Below, one piece after another: positions 47,821-58,103 of a stretch of DNA of 64,000 nucleotides (position 1 is its first letter; each line of letters starts with the position of its first letter). Origin of the DNA: Betaproteobacteria bacterium RIFCSPLOWO2_02_FULL_67_26. Its GTDB lineage: Bacteria > Pseudomonadota > Gammaproteobacteria > Burkholderiales > SG8-41. The stretch spans positions 17,440 to 81,439 of the forward strand of contig MERD01000058.1 in NCBI GenBank assembly GCA_001771935.1, written 5' to 3'. The translations under genes and the position numbers were made by a program. The notes below the pieces were generated by a model, which was given only the letters and a program-made list of their open reading frames with translations, was not told the DNA's origin and did not search any database.

Positions 47821-48420
47821 TCACGCCCGCTGGAAGCGGTAGACGGCCAGGCTGCCGAGCAGGTTCGGAAGCCACGCCACCGGCTTGCCGCGCGTGAGCA
47901 CCTTGCGCTCGAGTATTTTCACCGCGCGGATCGAGCAGAAGCGCTCGAAATCAGTGATGGTGCAGAGGTGAATGTTGGGCGTGTCGTGCCACTCGTAGGG
48001 CAGGCTGTCCGACACCGGCATCCGCCCGCCGAGCACCTGCAGCCGGTTCTTCCAGTAACCGAAATTCGGAAAGGTGACGATGCCTTCGCGCCCCACCCGT
48101 AGCATCTCCTTGATGATGCGCTCGCTGTTCCGCATCGCCTGCAGCGTCTGCGACAGCACCACGTAGTCGAACGAGCGGTCCTCGAAGCCGGAAAGCCCGC
48201 GCTCGAGGTCGCCCTGGATCACGCTGACCCCGTTTCTCACGCACGCGAGCACGCCGTCGTCGGCGATCTCCACGCCGTAGCCGGTGACGCGGCGGGTCTC
48301 CCGCAGGTAGCGCAGCAGGCTGCCGTCGCCGCAGCCCAGGTCGAGCACGCTCGCGTTGAGGCTCACCCAGCCGGCGATCGCCGCGTAGTCCGGCCGCAGC
48401 GTGAGGGTGCCGTTGCTCAT
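47821..48420 (-). CDS. metW: Methionine biosynthesis protein MetW
   Basis: [12 protein letters not shown] and PNFGYWKNR are typical of MetW. It has an ATGA overlap with metX. Confidence 0.9.
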   Translation of the reverse strand: MSNGTLTLRPDYAAIAGWVSLNASVLDLGCGDGSLLRYLRETRRVTGYGVEIADDGVLACVRNGVSVIQGDLERGLSGFEDRSFDYVVLSQTLQAMRNSERIIKEMLRVGREGIVTFPNFGYWKNRLQVLGGRMPVSDSLPYEWHDTPNIHLCTITDFERFCSIRAVKILERKVLTRGKPVAWLPNLLGSLAVYRFQRA

Positions 48421-49565
48421 GCGGCTCTCTCCGCGGCGATGCGATCGAAGTAGGCCGCGATGAGGCGGTGGTAGCGCGCGTCCTCGAGCAGAAACGCATC
48501 GTGCCCGTGGGGCGCGTCGATCTCGGCGTAGCTCACGTTGACGCGGTTGTCGAGCAACGCCTTGACGATCTCGCGCGAGCGCGCCGGGGAAAAGCGCCAG
48601 TCGGTGGTGAAGGAGACCACCAGGAAGCTCGCGCGCGCCGCCGCGAGCGCCTTCGCCAGGCTGCCGCCGTGCTCGAGCGCCGGGTCGAAATAATCCAGCA
48701 CCTTGGTGATGCGCAGATAGGTGTTGGCGTCGAAGTACTCCGAGAACTTGCGCCCCTGGTGGCGCAGGTAGGACTCGATCTCGAACTCGGGCTCGAACGT
48801 GTAATTGAGCCGGCCGTTCTTCAGCTGGCGCCCGAACTTGGCCGCCATCTCGTCGTCCGACAGGTAGGTGATGTGGCCGACCATGCGCGCGACGCGCAGC
48901 CCGCGCGTCGGCCGGGTGTTGTGCTCGTAGTAATGCCCGCCGTGAAAATCCGGGTCGGTGATGATCGCCTGGCGCGCGACCTCGTTGAAGGCGATGTTCT
49001 GCGCGGAGAGGTTGGGCGCGCAGGCGATCACGATGGCGTGGCGCACGCGCTCCGGGAAGAGCGTGGTCCACGCCAGCGCCTGCATCGCGCCCAGGCTGCC
49101 GCCGATCACCGCCGCGAACCGGCCGATGCCGAGATGGTCCGCGAGCCGCGCCTGCGTCGCGACCCAGTCCTCCACCGTCACCACCGGGAAGTCCGCGCCC
49201 CACGGCTTGCCGGTCTTCGGATTGATGCTTTGCGGCCCCGTCGAGCCGTGGCAGCCGCCGAGGTTGTTCACCCCCACGACGAAGAAGCGGTGGGTGTCCA
49301 CTGGCTTGCCGGGGCCGATCATGTTGTCCCACCAGCCGACGTTGTCCGGGTCGTCGGCGTGGCGACCCGCGACGTGGTGGGCGGCGTTCAGGGCGTGGCA
49401 CACCAGCACCGCGTTGGAGCGGTCGGCGTTGAGCGTCCCGTAGGTCTCGTAGACGAGCTCGTACTCGTCCACCGCCGCTCCGCTCCTGAGCCTCACCGGC
49501 TCGTTGAATCTCGCGGTCTGCGGCGTGACGATGCCCACCGATCCTGCTTTGGTCCTGGTATCCAT
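48417..49565 (-). CDS. metX: Homoserine O-acyltransferase MetX (acetyl or succinyl donor not decidable here)
   Basis: Nucleophile elbow GGSLGAMQA and an alpha/beta hydrolase fold. I chose ATG 49565, which follows GGAG, because the upstream alternative start falls inside a terminator T-tract. Confidence 0.9.
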   Translation of the reverse strand: MDTRTKAGSVGIVTPQTARFNEPVRLRSGAAVDEYELVYETYGTLNADRSNAVLVCHALNAAHHVAGRHADDPDNVGWWDNMIGPGKPVDTHRFFVVGVNNLGGCHGSTGPQSINPKTGKPWGADFPVVTVEDWVATQARLADHLGIGRFAAVIGGSLGAMQALAWTTLFPERVRHAIVIACAPNLSAQNIAFNEVARQAIITDPDFHGGHYYEHNTRPTRGLRVARMVGHITYLSDDEMAAKFGRQLKNGRLNYTFEPEFEIESYLRHQGRKFSEYFDANTYLRITKVLDYFDPALEHGGSLAKALAAARASFLVVSFTTDWRFSPARSREIVKALLDNRVNVSYAEIDAPHGHDAFLLEDARYHRLIAAYFDRIAAERAA

Positions 49566-49578
49566 GCTCCACAAACGC

Positions 49579-49610
49579 AAAAAACCCGGCGAGCTTGCGC
49601 GGGCCGGGTC
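49579..49610 (-). terminator. Intrinsic terminator-like hairpin inside the metX leader (attenuator)
   Basis: The minus strand reads ACCCGGC-ccgcgcaagctc-GCCGGGT followed by TTTTTT. It ends 13 nt before the metX ATG. Confidence 0.6.
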
Positions 49611-49697
49611 GGAAAAAACTGGAAGGTTTTCTCTTTAGCCGGATTTATTACGCGCCCGCAAGCTGAATATCAAATCGGCGCGGCTGAAGCGGGAGGA

Positions 49698-49726
49698 AAT
49701 TTACTCGCTCATGCGGACTCTGTCAA
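49698..49726 (-). promoter_or_regulatory. Sigma70-type promoter for metX: -35 TTGACA, 17-nt spacer, -10 TAAATT
   Basis: The minus strand has TTGACA at 49726..49721 and TAAATT at 49703..49698. This predicts a leader of about 125 nt. Confidence 0.5.
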
Positions 49727-49774
49727 ATGAACGATTTTGGCGCTTTTACAGGCGGATTTGAGGGACGAGGAGAT

Positions 49775-51502
49775 TCAAGCGGAGTTCAGTTTTTCGAGCA
49801 GCGCGAGGAGCTTCGCCGGGTCGGTCGCGCGCAGCATCTTCCGCGCGAGCGGCTTCAGCCGGGCGTAATCCGACTTGAGGATGATCTGCTTCACGTCGAG
49901 CAGGTGCGCGATGTGCATCGAGTACTGCCGCAGCCCGAAGGCGAGCAGCAGCCGCGTCAACGCGGTGTCGCCGGCCATCTCGCCGCACAACGCGACCGGG
50001 ACCTTCGCCTTGTTCGCCGTCGCGATGATGCCGGCGATGAGATTCAACACCGCCGGGTGCAGCGGGTCGTAGAGATGCGCCACCGTGTCGTCGGTGCGGT
50101 CGATCGCGAGCGTGTACTGGATGAGGTCGTTGGTGCCGATCGAGAGGAAATCGAGCTTGCGGACGAAAATGCCGAGCGCGAGCGCGGCCGCGGGCACCTC
50201 GATCATGCCGCCCACCTTGATGCCGCGGTCGTAGGACACGCCCTCGTCGTCGAGGCTCTGCTTCGCCTGCTGGATCAGCGCCAGCGTCTGCTCGATCTCC
50301 GCCGCGGTGGCGAGCATCGGGATCAGGATGTTGATCTTGCCGTAATGCGAGGCGCGCAGCATCGCGCGCAGTTGCGTGATGAAGCGCCGCGGCTCGGTGA
50401 GGCACAGCCGGATCGCCCGCAGCCCGAGCGCCGGGTTGGTGGTGACGCGCTCCTGGACGTCGTCCTTGTCGGCGCCGAGGTCGTAGGTGCGGATGGTGAC
50501 CGGCATGCCGTCCATCTCCACCGCGACCTTGCGGTAGGCCTCGAACTGCTCGTCCTCGTCCGGCAGGTCGTCGCGGTTGAGAAACAGGAACTCGCTGCGG
50601 TAGAGGCCGATGCCGGTCGCGCCGTTGTCCCGGGCGTCCACGACGTCCGCCGGCTGCTCGATGTTGGCCTGCAGCTCGACCGCCACGCCGTCGAGCGTGA
50701 CCGCGCGCCGGTCCCGGAGCCGCCTCAGCTTCTGCCGCTCGAGGTCGAACTGGTGCTGCCGCAGCTGGTACTCGGCCAGCACCTGCTCGTCCGGGCCCAC
50801 GATCACCACGCCCTGCGTGCCGTCCACGATGACCAGATCGTTCTCGCGGATCAGCTGGCGCGCCCGGTGCAGCGCCACGATCGAGGGGATCGCGAGGCTG
50901 CGCGCGACCACCGCGGTGTGCGACGTGGTGCCGCCGAGATCGGTGATGAAGCTCGCGAACCGGTGCTGCTTGAACTGCACCACGTCGGCGGGCGAGAGAT
51001 CGTGCGCAACCAGGATCAGGCTCTGCGCGGCGTCGCTCCGCGGCGGCGGGACGTACCCGGGCTGGCCCGAGAGCGTCTTCATCACGCGCTCCGCGACCTG
51101 GATCACGTCGGCCCGGCGCTCGCGCAGGTACTCGTCCTCGATCTCGTCGAACTGGGCGAGCAGCGCATCAGCCTGGATCCTGAGCGCCCACTCGGCGTTG
51201 CAGTTCTCGGTCTCGATGATGCGGCGCGGCGCGACCGACAGCGTGGAATCGTTGAGGATCATCAGGTGCAGGTTGATGAAGGCGGCGAATTCCGCGGGGG
51301 CGGTGGCCGGGACGCTGGCGCGCAATTCCTCGAACTCGGTGCGCACCTGCTTCACCGCGGCTTCGAAGCGCGCGGATTCATCCGCCGCCTGGTGCGGCGG
51401 CACGGCGTAGCGGGGGACATCCAGGCCGGCGTGCGTCATCAGCTGCGCATGCCCGATGGCGATGCCGCCGGAGACGCCGATGCCGTGTATGGTGAAGCTC
51501 AA
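49775..51502 (-). CDS. ptsI: Phosphoenolpyruvate-protein phosphotransferase (PTS Enzyme I)
   Basis: Phospho-histidine site GGTTSHTAVVARS and the PEP-utilising C-terminal domain GTNDLIQY. Confidence 0.95.
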   Translation of the reverse strand: MSFTIHGIGVSGGIAIGHAQLMTHAGLDVPRYAVPPHQAADESARFEAAVKQVRTEFEELRASVPATAPAEFAAFINLHLMILNDSTLSVAPRRIIETENCNAEWALRIQADALLAQFDEIEDEYLRERRADVIQVAERVMKTLSGQPGYVPPPRSDAAQSLILVAHDLSPADVVQFKQHRFASFITDLGGTTSHTAVVARSLAIPSIVALHRARQLIRENDLVIVDGTQGVVIVGPDEQVLAEYQLRQHQFDLERQKLRRLRDRRAVTLDGVAVELQANIEQPADVVDARDNGATGIGLYRSEFLFLNRDDLPDEDEQFEAYRKVAVEMDGMPVTIRTYDLGADKDDVQERVTTNPALGLRAIRLCLTEPRRFITQLRAMLRASHYGKINILIPMLATAAEIEQTLALIQQAKQSLDDEGVSYDRGIKVGGMIEVPAAALALGIFVRKLDFLSIGTNDLIQYTLAIDRTDDTVAHLYDPLHPAVLNLIAGIIATANKAKVPVALCGEMAGDTALTRLLLAFGLRQYSMHIAHLLDVKQIILKSDYARLKPLARKMLRATDPAKLLALLEKLNSA

Positions 51503-51503
51503 G

Positions 51504-51773
51504 TTATTCGTTTTCCTCGAACTTGCCGGCGATCAGCTGCGTGACCGCTTCCATCGCCTGCGCTTCATCGGGCCCGTCGGTCTCGACCATGATGGCCGAG
51601 CCCTTGGCCGCCGCCAGCATCATGACGCCCATGATGCTCTTGGCGTTGACGCGGCGGCCGTTGCGGCTCACCCAGACGTTGGCTTTGAAGCGGCCGGCGA
51701 CCTGCGTCAGCTTGGCGGAAGCCCGGGCGTGCAGGCCGAGCTTGTTGATGATCTCAACTTCCCGTTGCAACAT
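51504..51773 (-). CDS. ptsH: Phosphocarrier protein HPr
   Basis: ATG at 51773. It has the His15 context NKLGLHARAS and the Ser46 region NAKSIMGVMML. Confidence 0.9.
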   Translation of the reverse strand: MLQREVEIINKLGLHARASAKLTQVAGRFKANVWVSRNGRRVNAKSIMGVMMLAAAKGSAIMVETDGPDEAQAMEAVTQLIAGKFEENE

Positions 51774-52176
51774 TGTTAACGACGAGCGCCGGGGCGGGAA
51801 TGCGCACAACGCCGTCGCAGCCGCCGCTAACCGCCTTGACAACGATGGTGGTGAGTGGTCTGTCCCGGTATGTGAGAACCCGGATCAGCATCGGGAGATT
51901 GACCCCCGCCACGCCCTCGACCTTGCCGGGGACGAGCAGCTTGGCGGAGATGTTGGAAGGCGAGCCGCCGTACATGTCCGAGAGGATCAGCACGCCGTCG
52001 CCCTCGTCGAGCTCCTTCACCAGCTTCCGCGCCTGCGGCAGCAGCATCATGGGGTCGTCCTGGGCGGTGATGCCGATCTGCTTCAGCCGCGGCGGGCGCT
52101 TGTTGAGCACGTGGCTCGCGCAATGGATGAGACTCTCGCCGAGCGTGCCGTGCGTGATGATCAAAACCCCAATCAT
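51754..52176 (-). CDS. PTS EIIA component, mannose/fructose family
   Basis: The N-terminal MIGVLIITHG carries the conserved phospho-His. It overlaps the ptsH start by 20 nt. Confidence 0.85.
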   Translation of the reverse strand: MIGVLIITHGTLGESLIHCASHVLNKRPPRLKQIGITAQDDPMMLLPQARKLVKELDEGDGVLILSDMYGGSPSNISAKLLVPGKVEGVAGVNLPMLIRVLTYRDRPLTTIVVKAVSGGCDGVVRIPAPALVVNNVATGS

Positions 52177-52264
52177 GAGAGCGGGTTAAGTCGGGTAATG
52201 AAAGTGCAATAGTTTACCCCGTTGCCCCGCACCATGCAGGGGGAGCCAGCGAGGGCAACAGGCG

Positions 52265-52903
52265 CTACCAGCGGGAAGGCGGGGTGCGCTCGATGACGAT
52301 TGCGTGGCCCTCGTGGCGGATGTAGCCGCCGGCCGTGAGGTCCTTGAGAATCAGGCTCACCATCTCGCGCGAGGCGCCGACGCGGCTCGCGATGTCTTTC
52401 TGGGTGAGGCGCTCGGTGATGACGAGCCTGCCGCCTTCTTCCTTCGCCAGCTCGAGCAGCAGCCGCGCGACGCGCCCGTAGACGTCCATCAGCGCGAGAC
52501 TCTTCACGTTCTCGGTCAACGCGCGCACGCGGTGGATCAGCTTCTCGATCACTCGCACGGCGAACACGGGGTTCTTCAGCAGGAAGTCCTTGAAATCGGC
52601 CTTGGGCACGACCAGGAACTTGCTCGGCTCGAGGGTCATGACGGAGGCCGAGCGCGGCCCCTCGTCGAGCACCATCTCCCCGAAATACTCGCCCGCGCCC
52701 TGGGTCGAGAGCACGACTTCTTTTCCGTCCGTGTCGGCGACGAAAGCCTTCACCCGGCCCGCGAGGATGATGTATAGCGAATCGGTGCGATCGCCCTCGT
52801 TGAGAACGACGGCGTTGCGGGGGAAGGCGCGGGTCTGCGCGTGTGCCGAGATCGCGCGCAGCTCGTCAGCGGTCAGCAGGAACGAGGATGCCGCCTTTTC
52901 CAT
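52265..52903 (-). CDS. Crp/Fnr family transcriptional regulator
   Basis: A cNMP-binding domain (GEYFGEM) and a C-terminal HTH (IASRVGASREMVSLILKDL). I preferred ATG 52903 because it avoids overlap with gshB. Confidence 0.85.
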   Translation of the reverse strand: MEKAASSFLLTADELRAISAHAQTRAFPRNAVVLNEGDRTDSLYIILAGRVKAFVADTDGKEVVLSTQGAGEYFGEMVLDEGPRSASVMTLEPSKFLVVPKADFKDFLLKNPVFAVRVIEKLIHRVRALTENVKSLALMDVYGRVARLLLELAKEEGGRLVITERLTQKDIASRVGASREMVSLILKDLTAGGYIRHEGHAIVIERTPPSRW

Positions 52904-52917
52904 CGCGCGCGTCAGGC

Positions 52918-53874
52918 TTACTTGCGCCGGCGGCCGGCGCACGCTGCCTCGAGAGCGTCCATGAACATGCCGGCGACGTTGAATCCCGTCTGCCCGGTGA
53001 TTTCCTGGAAACAGGTGGGGCTGGTGACGTTGACCTCGGTCAGGTAGTCGCCGATCACGTCGAGGCCGACCAGGAGCAGGCCTTCCTTCGCGAGCACCGG
53101 CCCGAGCGCCTCGGCGATTGCATGGTCGCGCCGGCTCAATTTGCGCGCGACGCCGGTGCCGCCGGCGGCGAGATTGCCGCGGGTCTCGCCTGGCTTGGGA
53201 ATGCGCGCGAGGCAGTGGGGCACGGGCTTCCCGCCGATCAGCAGCACCCGCTTGTCGCCGTCGCGGATCTCCGGGATGTAGCGCTGGGCCATGATGGTAC
53301 GCCGCCCGTAGTGCGTCACCGTCTCGATGATGACGTTGACGTTGGGATCGTTCTCGTGGACGCGAAACACCGATGTGCCGCCCATGCCGTCGAGGGGCTT
53401 CAGGATCACGTCGCGGTGCTCAGCGAGAAACTCGCGGATGAGCGGCTCGCGCCGCGTGACCACGGAGGGCGGTGTGAACCGCGGGAAGCGCGCGATGCCC
53501 ATCTTCTCGTTCCAGTCGCGGATCGCGCGCGGCCGGTTGAAGACGCGCGCGCCCTGCGCCTCCGCCAGCTCGAGGAGGTAGGTGCTGTAGACGTACTCCA
53601 TGTCGAACGGCGGGTCCTTGCGCATCAGCACCGCGCCGAAGGTCCTGAGCGGAACGCTTTTTGCCTTTTCGGCGCGGTACCAGCCGGGCTTCTTCCCGGT
53701 GAGGTGGATGCGGCGCGCATCGCCGTAAACCGTCCCGGCGCGCCAGGCAAGGTCTTCCTGCTCCATGACGTACAGCGAGTGGCCGCGCGCGGCCGCCTCG
53801 CGCATCATGGCGAAGGTGGTGTCCTTGTAGATCTTGAAGCTGTCGAGCGGGTCGACGACAAAAGCGAGCCTCAC
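52918..53874 (-). CDS. gshB: Glutathione synthetase
   Basis: GTG at 53874 overlaps the gshA stop (GTGA). KPLDGMGG, RYIPEIRDGDKR and NVTSPTC are GshB ATP-grasp motifs. Confidence 0.9.
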   Translation of the reverse strand: MRLAFVVDPLDSFKIYKDTTFAMMREAAARGHSLYVMEQEDLAWRAGTVYGDARRIHLTGKKPGWYRAEKAKSVPLRTFGAVLMRKDPPFDMEYVYSTYLLELAEAQGARVFNRPRAIRDWNEKMGIARFPRFTPPSVVTRREPLIREFLAEHRDVILKPLDGMGGTSVFRVHENDPNVNVIIETVTHYGRRTIMAQRYIPEIRDGDKRVLLIGGKPVPHCLARIPKPGETRGNLAAGGTGVARKLSRRDHAIAEALGPVLAKEGLLLVGLDVIGDYLTEVNVTSPTCFQEITGQTGFNVAGMFMDALEAACAGRRRK

Positions 53875-55172
53875 GTCGCTCCGCCCCCGGTACTCATCCC
53901 TTCGGGTTCCGTCTGCTCGAGCTCGAGCGCGGCGGCGACGAGCGCCAGGCGCGCGATGACGCCGTAAGCATAGAAGCGGTTCGGCGGGCAGCCCGGATCG
54001 TCGGGATCCGGCGAGGAGCAGGGATCGGCGAATGCGAGCGGCCGGAACTGCATGCCGGGGGCGTTCAGGTTCTGATCCTGGCCGCGCTCGGTGTGCACCC
54101 GGTAGAAGCCGCCCACCACGAAGTGATCGATCATGTAGACGACGGGCTCCGCCACCGCGTCGCCCACGCTCTCGAAAGTGTAGACGCCCTCCTGCACCAT
54201 CACCTCGCGCACTTCCAGCCCCTCCTTGACCACCGCCATCCTGGTGCGCTGCTTGCGGTTCAGCTCGCGCACTTCGGAGGGATCCTTGACCGTCATGATG
54301 CCCATGCCGTAGGTGCCGGCGTCGGCCTTGACGATGACGAAGGGGTCCTGCTGGATGCCGTACTCCTGGTACTTGGCGCGGACGTCCTCGAGGATCTCCG
54401 TGACGTAGCCCTCGAGGCACTCCTCACCCTGGCGCTCGCGGAAGTTGATCTTGCCGCACTTCTCGAAGTACGGATTGATGAGCCAGGGGTCGATCTTGAG
54501 GAGCCCGGCGAATTCCTGCGCCACCTGGCGATAGGCATCGAAGTGGTTCGACTTGCGGCGCACGGTCCACCCGGCGTGCAGCGGCGGCAGCACCGCTTGC
54601 TCGAGGTTCATCAGGATTTCCGGGGTGCCGGCGGAGAGATCGTTGTTGATCAGCACCATGCACGGGTCGAACCCGTCCACCGCGAGCCGGTTGCCGCGGC
54701 GCGCCAGCGGCTCCAGCATGAGTTTCGCCCCGTTTTCAAGCACGATCTCGGTGGGAGACGTGATCTCCGGAATCAGGGTGCCGATGCGCACGGTGACGCC
54801 CGCGTTGCGCAGTATCCGCTGCAGGACCGCCACGTTCTGGAGGTAGAACTGGTTGCGGGTGTGGTTCTCGGGTATCAGCACCATCCCGCGCGCTTCGGGG
54901 CAGTGCTTCTCGATCGCCGTCATCGCCGCCTGCACGCACAGGGGATGGAATTCCGGGTTGAGGTTGTTGAAGCCGCCGGGGAAAAGATTGGTATCGACCG
55001 GCGCGAGCTTGAACCCGCTGTTCCTGAGGTCCACCGAGCAGTAGAACGGCGCCGCGTGGTCCTGCCACTGGCCGCGCAGCCAGCGCTCGATCTCCGGCTG
55101 GGAGGCGAGCAGCCCGCGCTCGAGATCCTGCAACGGCCCGGAAAGCGCGGTGGTGAGTCGCGGGACGGTCAT
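53871..55172 (-). CDS. gshA: Glutamate-cysteine ligase (proteobacterial non-enteric GshA type)
   Basis: ATG at 55172 follows GGAGGAG. FYCSVDLRNSGFKLAPVDTNLFPGGFNNL matches the Acidithiobacillus-type gshA family from memory. It is coupled to gshB. Confidence 0.8.
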   Translation of the reverse strand: MTVPRLTTALSGPLQDLERGLLASQPEIERWLRGQWQDHAAPFYCSVDLRNSGFKLAPVDTNLFPGGFNNLNPEFHPLCVQAAMTAIEKHCPEARGMVLIPENHTRNQFYLQNVAVLQRILRNAGVTVRIGTLIPEITSPTEIVLENGAKLMLEPLARRGNRLAVDGFDPCMVLINNDLSAGTPEILMNLEQAVLPPLHAGWTVRRKSNHFDAYRQVAQEFAGLLKIDPWLINPYFEKCGKINFRERQGEECLEGYVTEILEDVRAKYQEYGIQQDPFVIVKADAGTYGMGIMTVKDPSEVRELNRKQRTRMAVVKEGLEVREVMVQEGVYTFESVGDAVAEPVVYMIDHFVVGGFYRVHTERGQDQNLNAPGMQFRPLAFADPCSSPDPDDPGCPPNRFYAYGVIARLALVAAALELEQTEPEGMSTGGGAT

Positions 55173-55206
55173 TATTCTCCTCCTCGCCCCTATTGTAGCG
55201 GATGGC

Positions 55207-55234
55207 AAAAAAAGCGGGCGCCCGAGGCGCCCGC
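55207..55234 (-). terminator. Intrinsic terminator downstream of amtB
   Basis: The minus strand reads GCGGGCGCC-tcg-GGCGCCCGC followed by TTTTTTT. Confidence 0.85.
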
Positions 55235-55259
55235 AAACACACACTACCTGAATCAATTC

Positions 55260-56789
55260 TTAGGTGTGGTAGGCCGTTTCGCCGTGGGAGTTCACGTCGA
55301 GGCCTTCGCGCTCTTCTTCCTCCGTCACGCGCAGCCCCACGATCAGGTCGGCGATCTTGTAGGAAACCGCGGCGACGATGCCGGACCACAGGATCGTCAC
55401 GCCGACCGCCTTGGCCTGCGTCCAGACCTGTCCCGAGATCGAGTAGTCGGCGCCAGACACGACCTTGACGGTGACCCAGTCGGAAACGAAGCCCGGCCCG
55501 CCGAGCGACGGATCGCAGAACACGCCGGTCAGCAACGCGCCGAGTATTCCGCCGATGGCGTGCACGCCGAACACATCGAGCGAATCGTCCGCGGCGAGCA
55601 GGCGCTTCAACTGGTTGACCGCCCACAGGCACACCACGCCGGCCGCCAGGCCGATCACGAACGCGCCGGGGATGCCGACGTTGCCCGCTGCCGGCGTGAT
55701 CGCGACCAGACCCGCGACCGCCCCGGATGCGGCGCCCAGCATCGAGGGCTTGCCCTTGAAGATCCACTCGAAGAAGGTCCACGACAACACCGCGCAGGCC
55801 GTGGCGAGGAAGGTGTTGACGAAGGCGAGCGTCGCCGAATTCCCGGCCTCGAGGGCGGAGCCGGCGTTGAAGCCGAACCAGCCCATCCACAGTAATGCCG
55901 CACCGATCATGGTCATCGGCAGGTTGTGCGGGGTCATCGCCTCCTTGCCGAAGCCGATGCGCTTGCCCACGAGGTAGGCGCCCACCAGGCCGGCGATACC
56001 GGCGTTGATGTGCACCACGGTGCCGCCCGCGAAGTCGAGCGCGCCCCACTGCCACAGCAACCCGGCCTTGGCGTTCAACCCGTCAACCAGCTTCGGATCC
56101 GTATAGGCATCCGGGCCGGGCCAGAACCAGACCATGTGCGCGATCGGCGCGTAGCTGAACGTGAACCACAGGGTCATGAAGATCAGGACCGCGGAGAACT
56201 TCACGCGCTCGGCGAAGGCGCCCAGGACCAGGCAGCAGGTGATCGCGGCGAAAGTCGCCTGGAACGCGACGAACAGCAGCTCGGGAATGACGACACCCTT
56301 GCTGAAGGTGGCGCCCATCGCGAACTCGCCCTTGGCCGCATCGAAGGTGCCGCCCAGGAACAGGCGGTCGAAGCCGCCGAAGTAGGCGTTGCCCTCGGTG
56401 AAGGCGAGGCTGTAGCCGTACACGCACCAGAGCACCGTGACGAGCGAGAAGGTGACGAATACCTGCATCAGCATCGAGAGCATGTTCTTGGCGCGCACCA
56501 TGCCGCCGTAGAACAGCGCCAGTGCCGGCACGCTCATCATCAGCACCAGCGCGGTGGAAGTGAGCATCCACGCGACGTCGCCCTTGTTGGGGGTCGGCGG
56601 GGGCGGCGCCTTGGCCTCTTCCTTCTTGGCCTCGGCCGGCGCTGCCGCCTTCATGTCGTCGGCCTTGGCCATCGGCGCGGCGGGTGCGTCGGCCGCCGGC
56701 TTGTCCTGCGCGACCAGCGGCATCGCGTTCAGGCCCAGCATGCAGAACAGCGCAAGCGAGGCGGTCAGTTTTCTCAAAAGCTTTCTCAT
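55260..56789 (-). CDS. amtB: Ammonium transporter AmtB
   Basis: A signal peptide, 11 TM segments, and the Amt signature LDFAGGTVVHINAG. Confidence 0.95.
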   Translation of the reverse strand: MRKLLRKLTASLALFCMLGLNAMPLVAQDKPAADAPAAPMAKADDMKAAAPAEAKKEEAKAPPPPTPNKGDVAWMLTSTALVLMMSVPALALFYGGMVRAKNMLSMLMQVFVTFSLVTVLWCVYGYSLAFTEGNAYFGGFDRLFLGGTFDAAKGEFAMGATFSKGVVIPELLFVAFQATFAAITCCLVLGAFAERVKFSAVLIFMTLWFTFSYAPIAHMVWFWPGPDAYTDPKLVDGLNAKAGLLWQWGALDFAGGTVVHINAGIAGLVGAYLVGKRIGFGKEAMTPHNLPMTMIGAALLWMGWFGFNAGSALEAGNSATLAFVNTFLATACAVLSWTFFEWIFKGKPSMLGAASGAVAGLVAITPAAGNVGIPGAFVIGLAAGVVCLWAVNQLKRLLAADDSLDVFGVHAIGGILGALLTGVFCDPSLGGPGFVSDWVTVKVVSGADYSISGQVWTQAKAVGVTILWSGIVAAVSYKIADLIVGLRVTEEEEREGLDVNSHGETAYHT

Positions 56790-56801
56790 TTCGTTTCTCC
56801 C

Positions 56802-57194
<393 letters not shown>

Positions 57195-58103
57195 TTAGAA
57201 AGTCTTGGAGATGAAGACGGTGCCGGTGCCCTTGGAGATTCTCTTGGGGAATGGTCCGCGGTTGCCGCCGGCGCCGACATCGTTGACCGAACCGTAGCCC
57301 AATACGTTGTCGCTGCTGGTGTCGGTGTAGAAGAATCCGACCGTGAAATCCTTCGGCAACGCGTAGTTGATTCCGAGCTTCCAGTCGTCGTAGCTGAATA
57401 AGTTGTCATTATCCAGCTGGACGCCACCCACAACGAAGTTTCGCGGATCGGTACCGTTGTACTTCTGCAATCCGTAGTGGCCGATCAGCGTAAACTTGGT
57501 GTCCGGGATGGGGTATGCGGCCGTGAAGTCGAGGTAATAGGTGCCGCTCGAATCCAGCACGCCGAAAGTCTTGTTATCCAAGCTGTAGGAGAGCTTGGCC
57601 GACAGCCACTTCCAGCTGAGGCCCGCGTAGACTTCCCAGGTGTCCGCCTTGGGAACGCCGACCGGCGTGCCCGTCAGCGCATTGACAGTGACTGCGGCGG
57701 TGGCAGGGTTGATATCGCCGGGGTAGTAGTAATACAGCGTGCCGAGATCGAGGGTCCAGTCCGGCGCGAAGCCCCACTTGTAGCCGCCGTAGAAGTCCCA
57801 TTCCAGGCTGCCGCCTCCGCCGTAAGTTCCGGCTACGGCCATCGGCGGGCCAACGGCCGAGAAGTTCTCCTTGAGCCAGCTGATGTTGGAGCCCCAGGTG
57901 CCGGCGTACCAGCCGCTCGCATGCGAGTAGTCGAATCCGCCTTGGAGCGCCGGGTCGCCGTTGGTCTGCCCCAGCCCGCGGAATACGTACTGGCTGTACA
58001 AGCCGACATTGCCGGCAAGTGTGTGTGGCGAGTCGGCGGCCGGCGCAACACCCGGAAACAACGTTGCTGCGACGGCTCCCGCCAGAAGAGTCTTTTTGAA
58101 CAT
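57195..58103 (-). CDS. Putative outer-membrane porin of the TorF/Gcw_chp family
   Basis: ATG at 58103 and a signal peptide ending PGVAPA-AD. GNVGLYSQYVFRGLGQTNGDPALQGGFDY and GWYAGTWGSNISW are typical of this family, which is often linked to glnK-amtB. Confidence 0.75.
   Translation of the reverse strand: MFKKTLLAGAVAATLFPGVAPAADSPHTLAGNVGLYSQYVFRGLGQTNGDPALQGGFDYSHASGWYAGTWGSNISWLKENFSAVGPPMAVAGTYGGGGSLEWDFYGGYKWGFAPDWTLDLGTLYYYYPGDINPATAAVTVNALTGTPVGVPKADTWEVYAGLSWKWLSAKLSYSLDNKTFGVLDSSGTYYLDFTAAYPIPDTKFTLIGHYGLQKYNGTDPRNFVVGGVQLDNDNLFSYDDWKLGINYALPKDFTVGFFYTDTSSDNVLGYGSVNDVGAGGNRGPFPKRISKGTGTVFISKTF

Noticed and set aside
49638-49679. I tried assigning the metX leader hairpin to the SAM-II riboswitch class.
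   Set aside because: The CGAUUU and GCUU elements are present, but the conserved 3' AAAGCU pseudoknot strand is not. I left it as unclassified pending a covariance-model search.
52215-52235. A possible sigma54 element, TGGCTCCCCCTGCA, lies upstream of the EIIA gene.
   Set aside because: The GG to GC spacing is two nucleotides too short.
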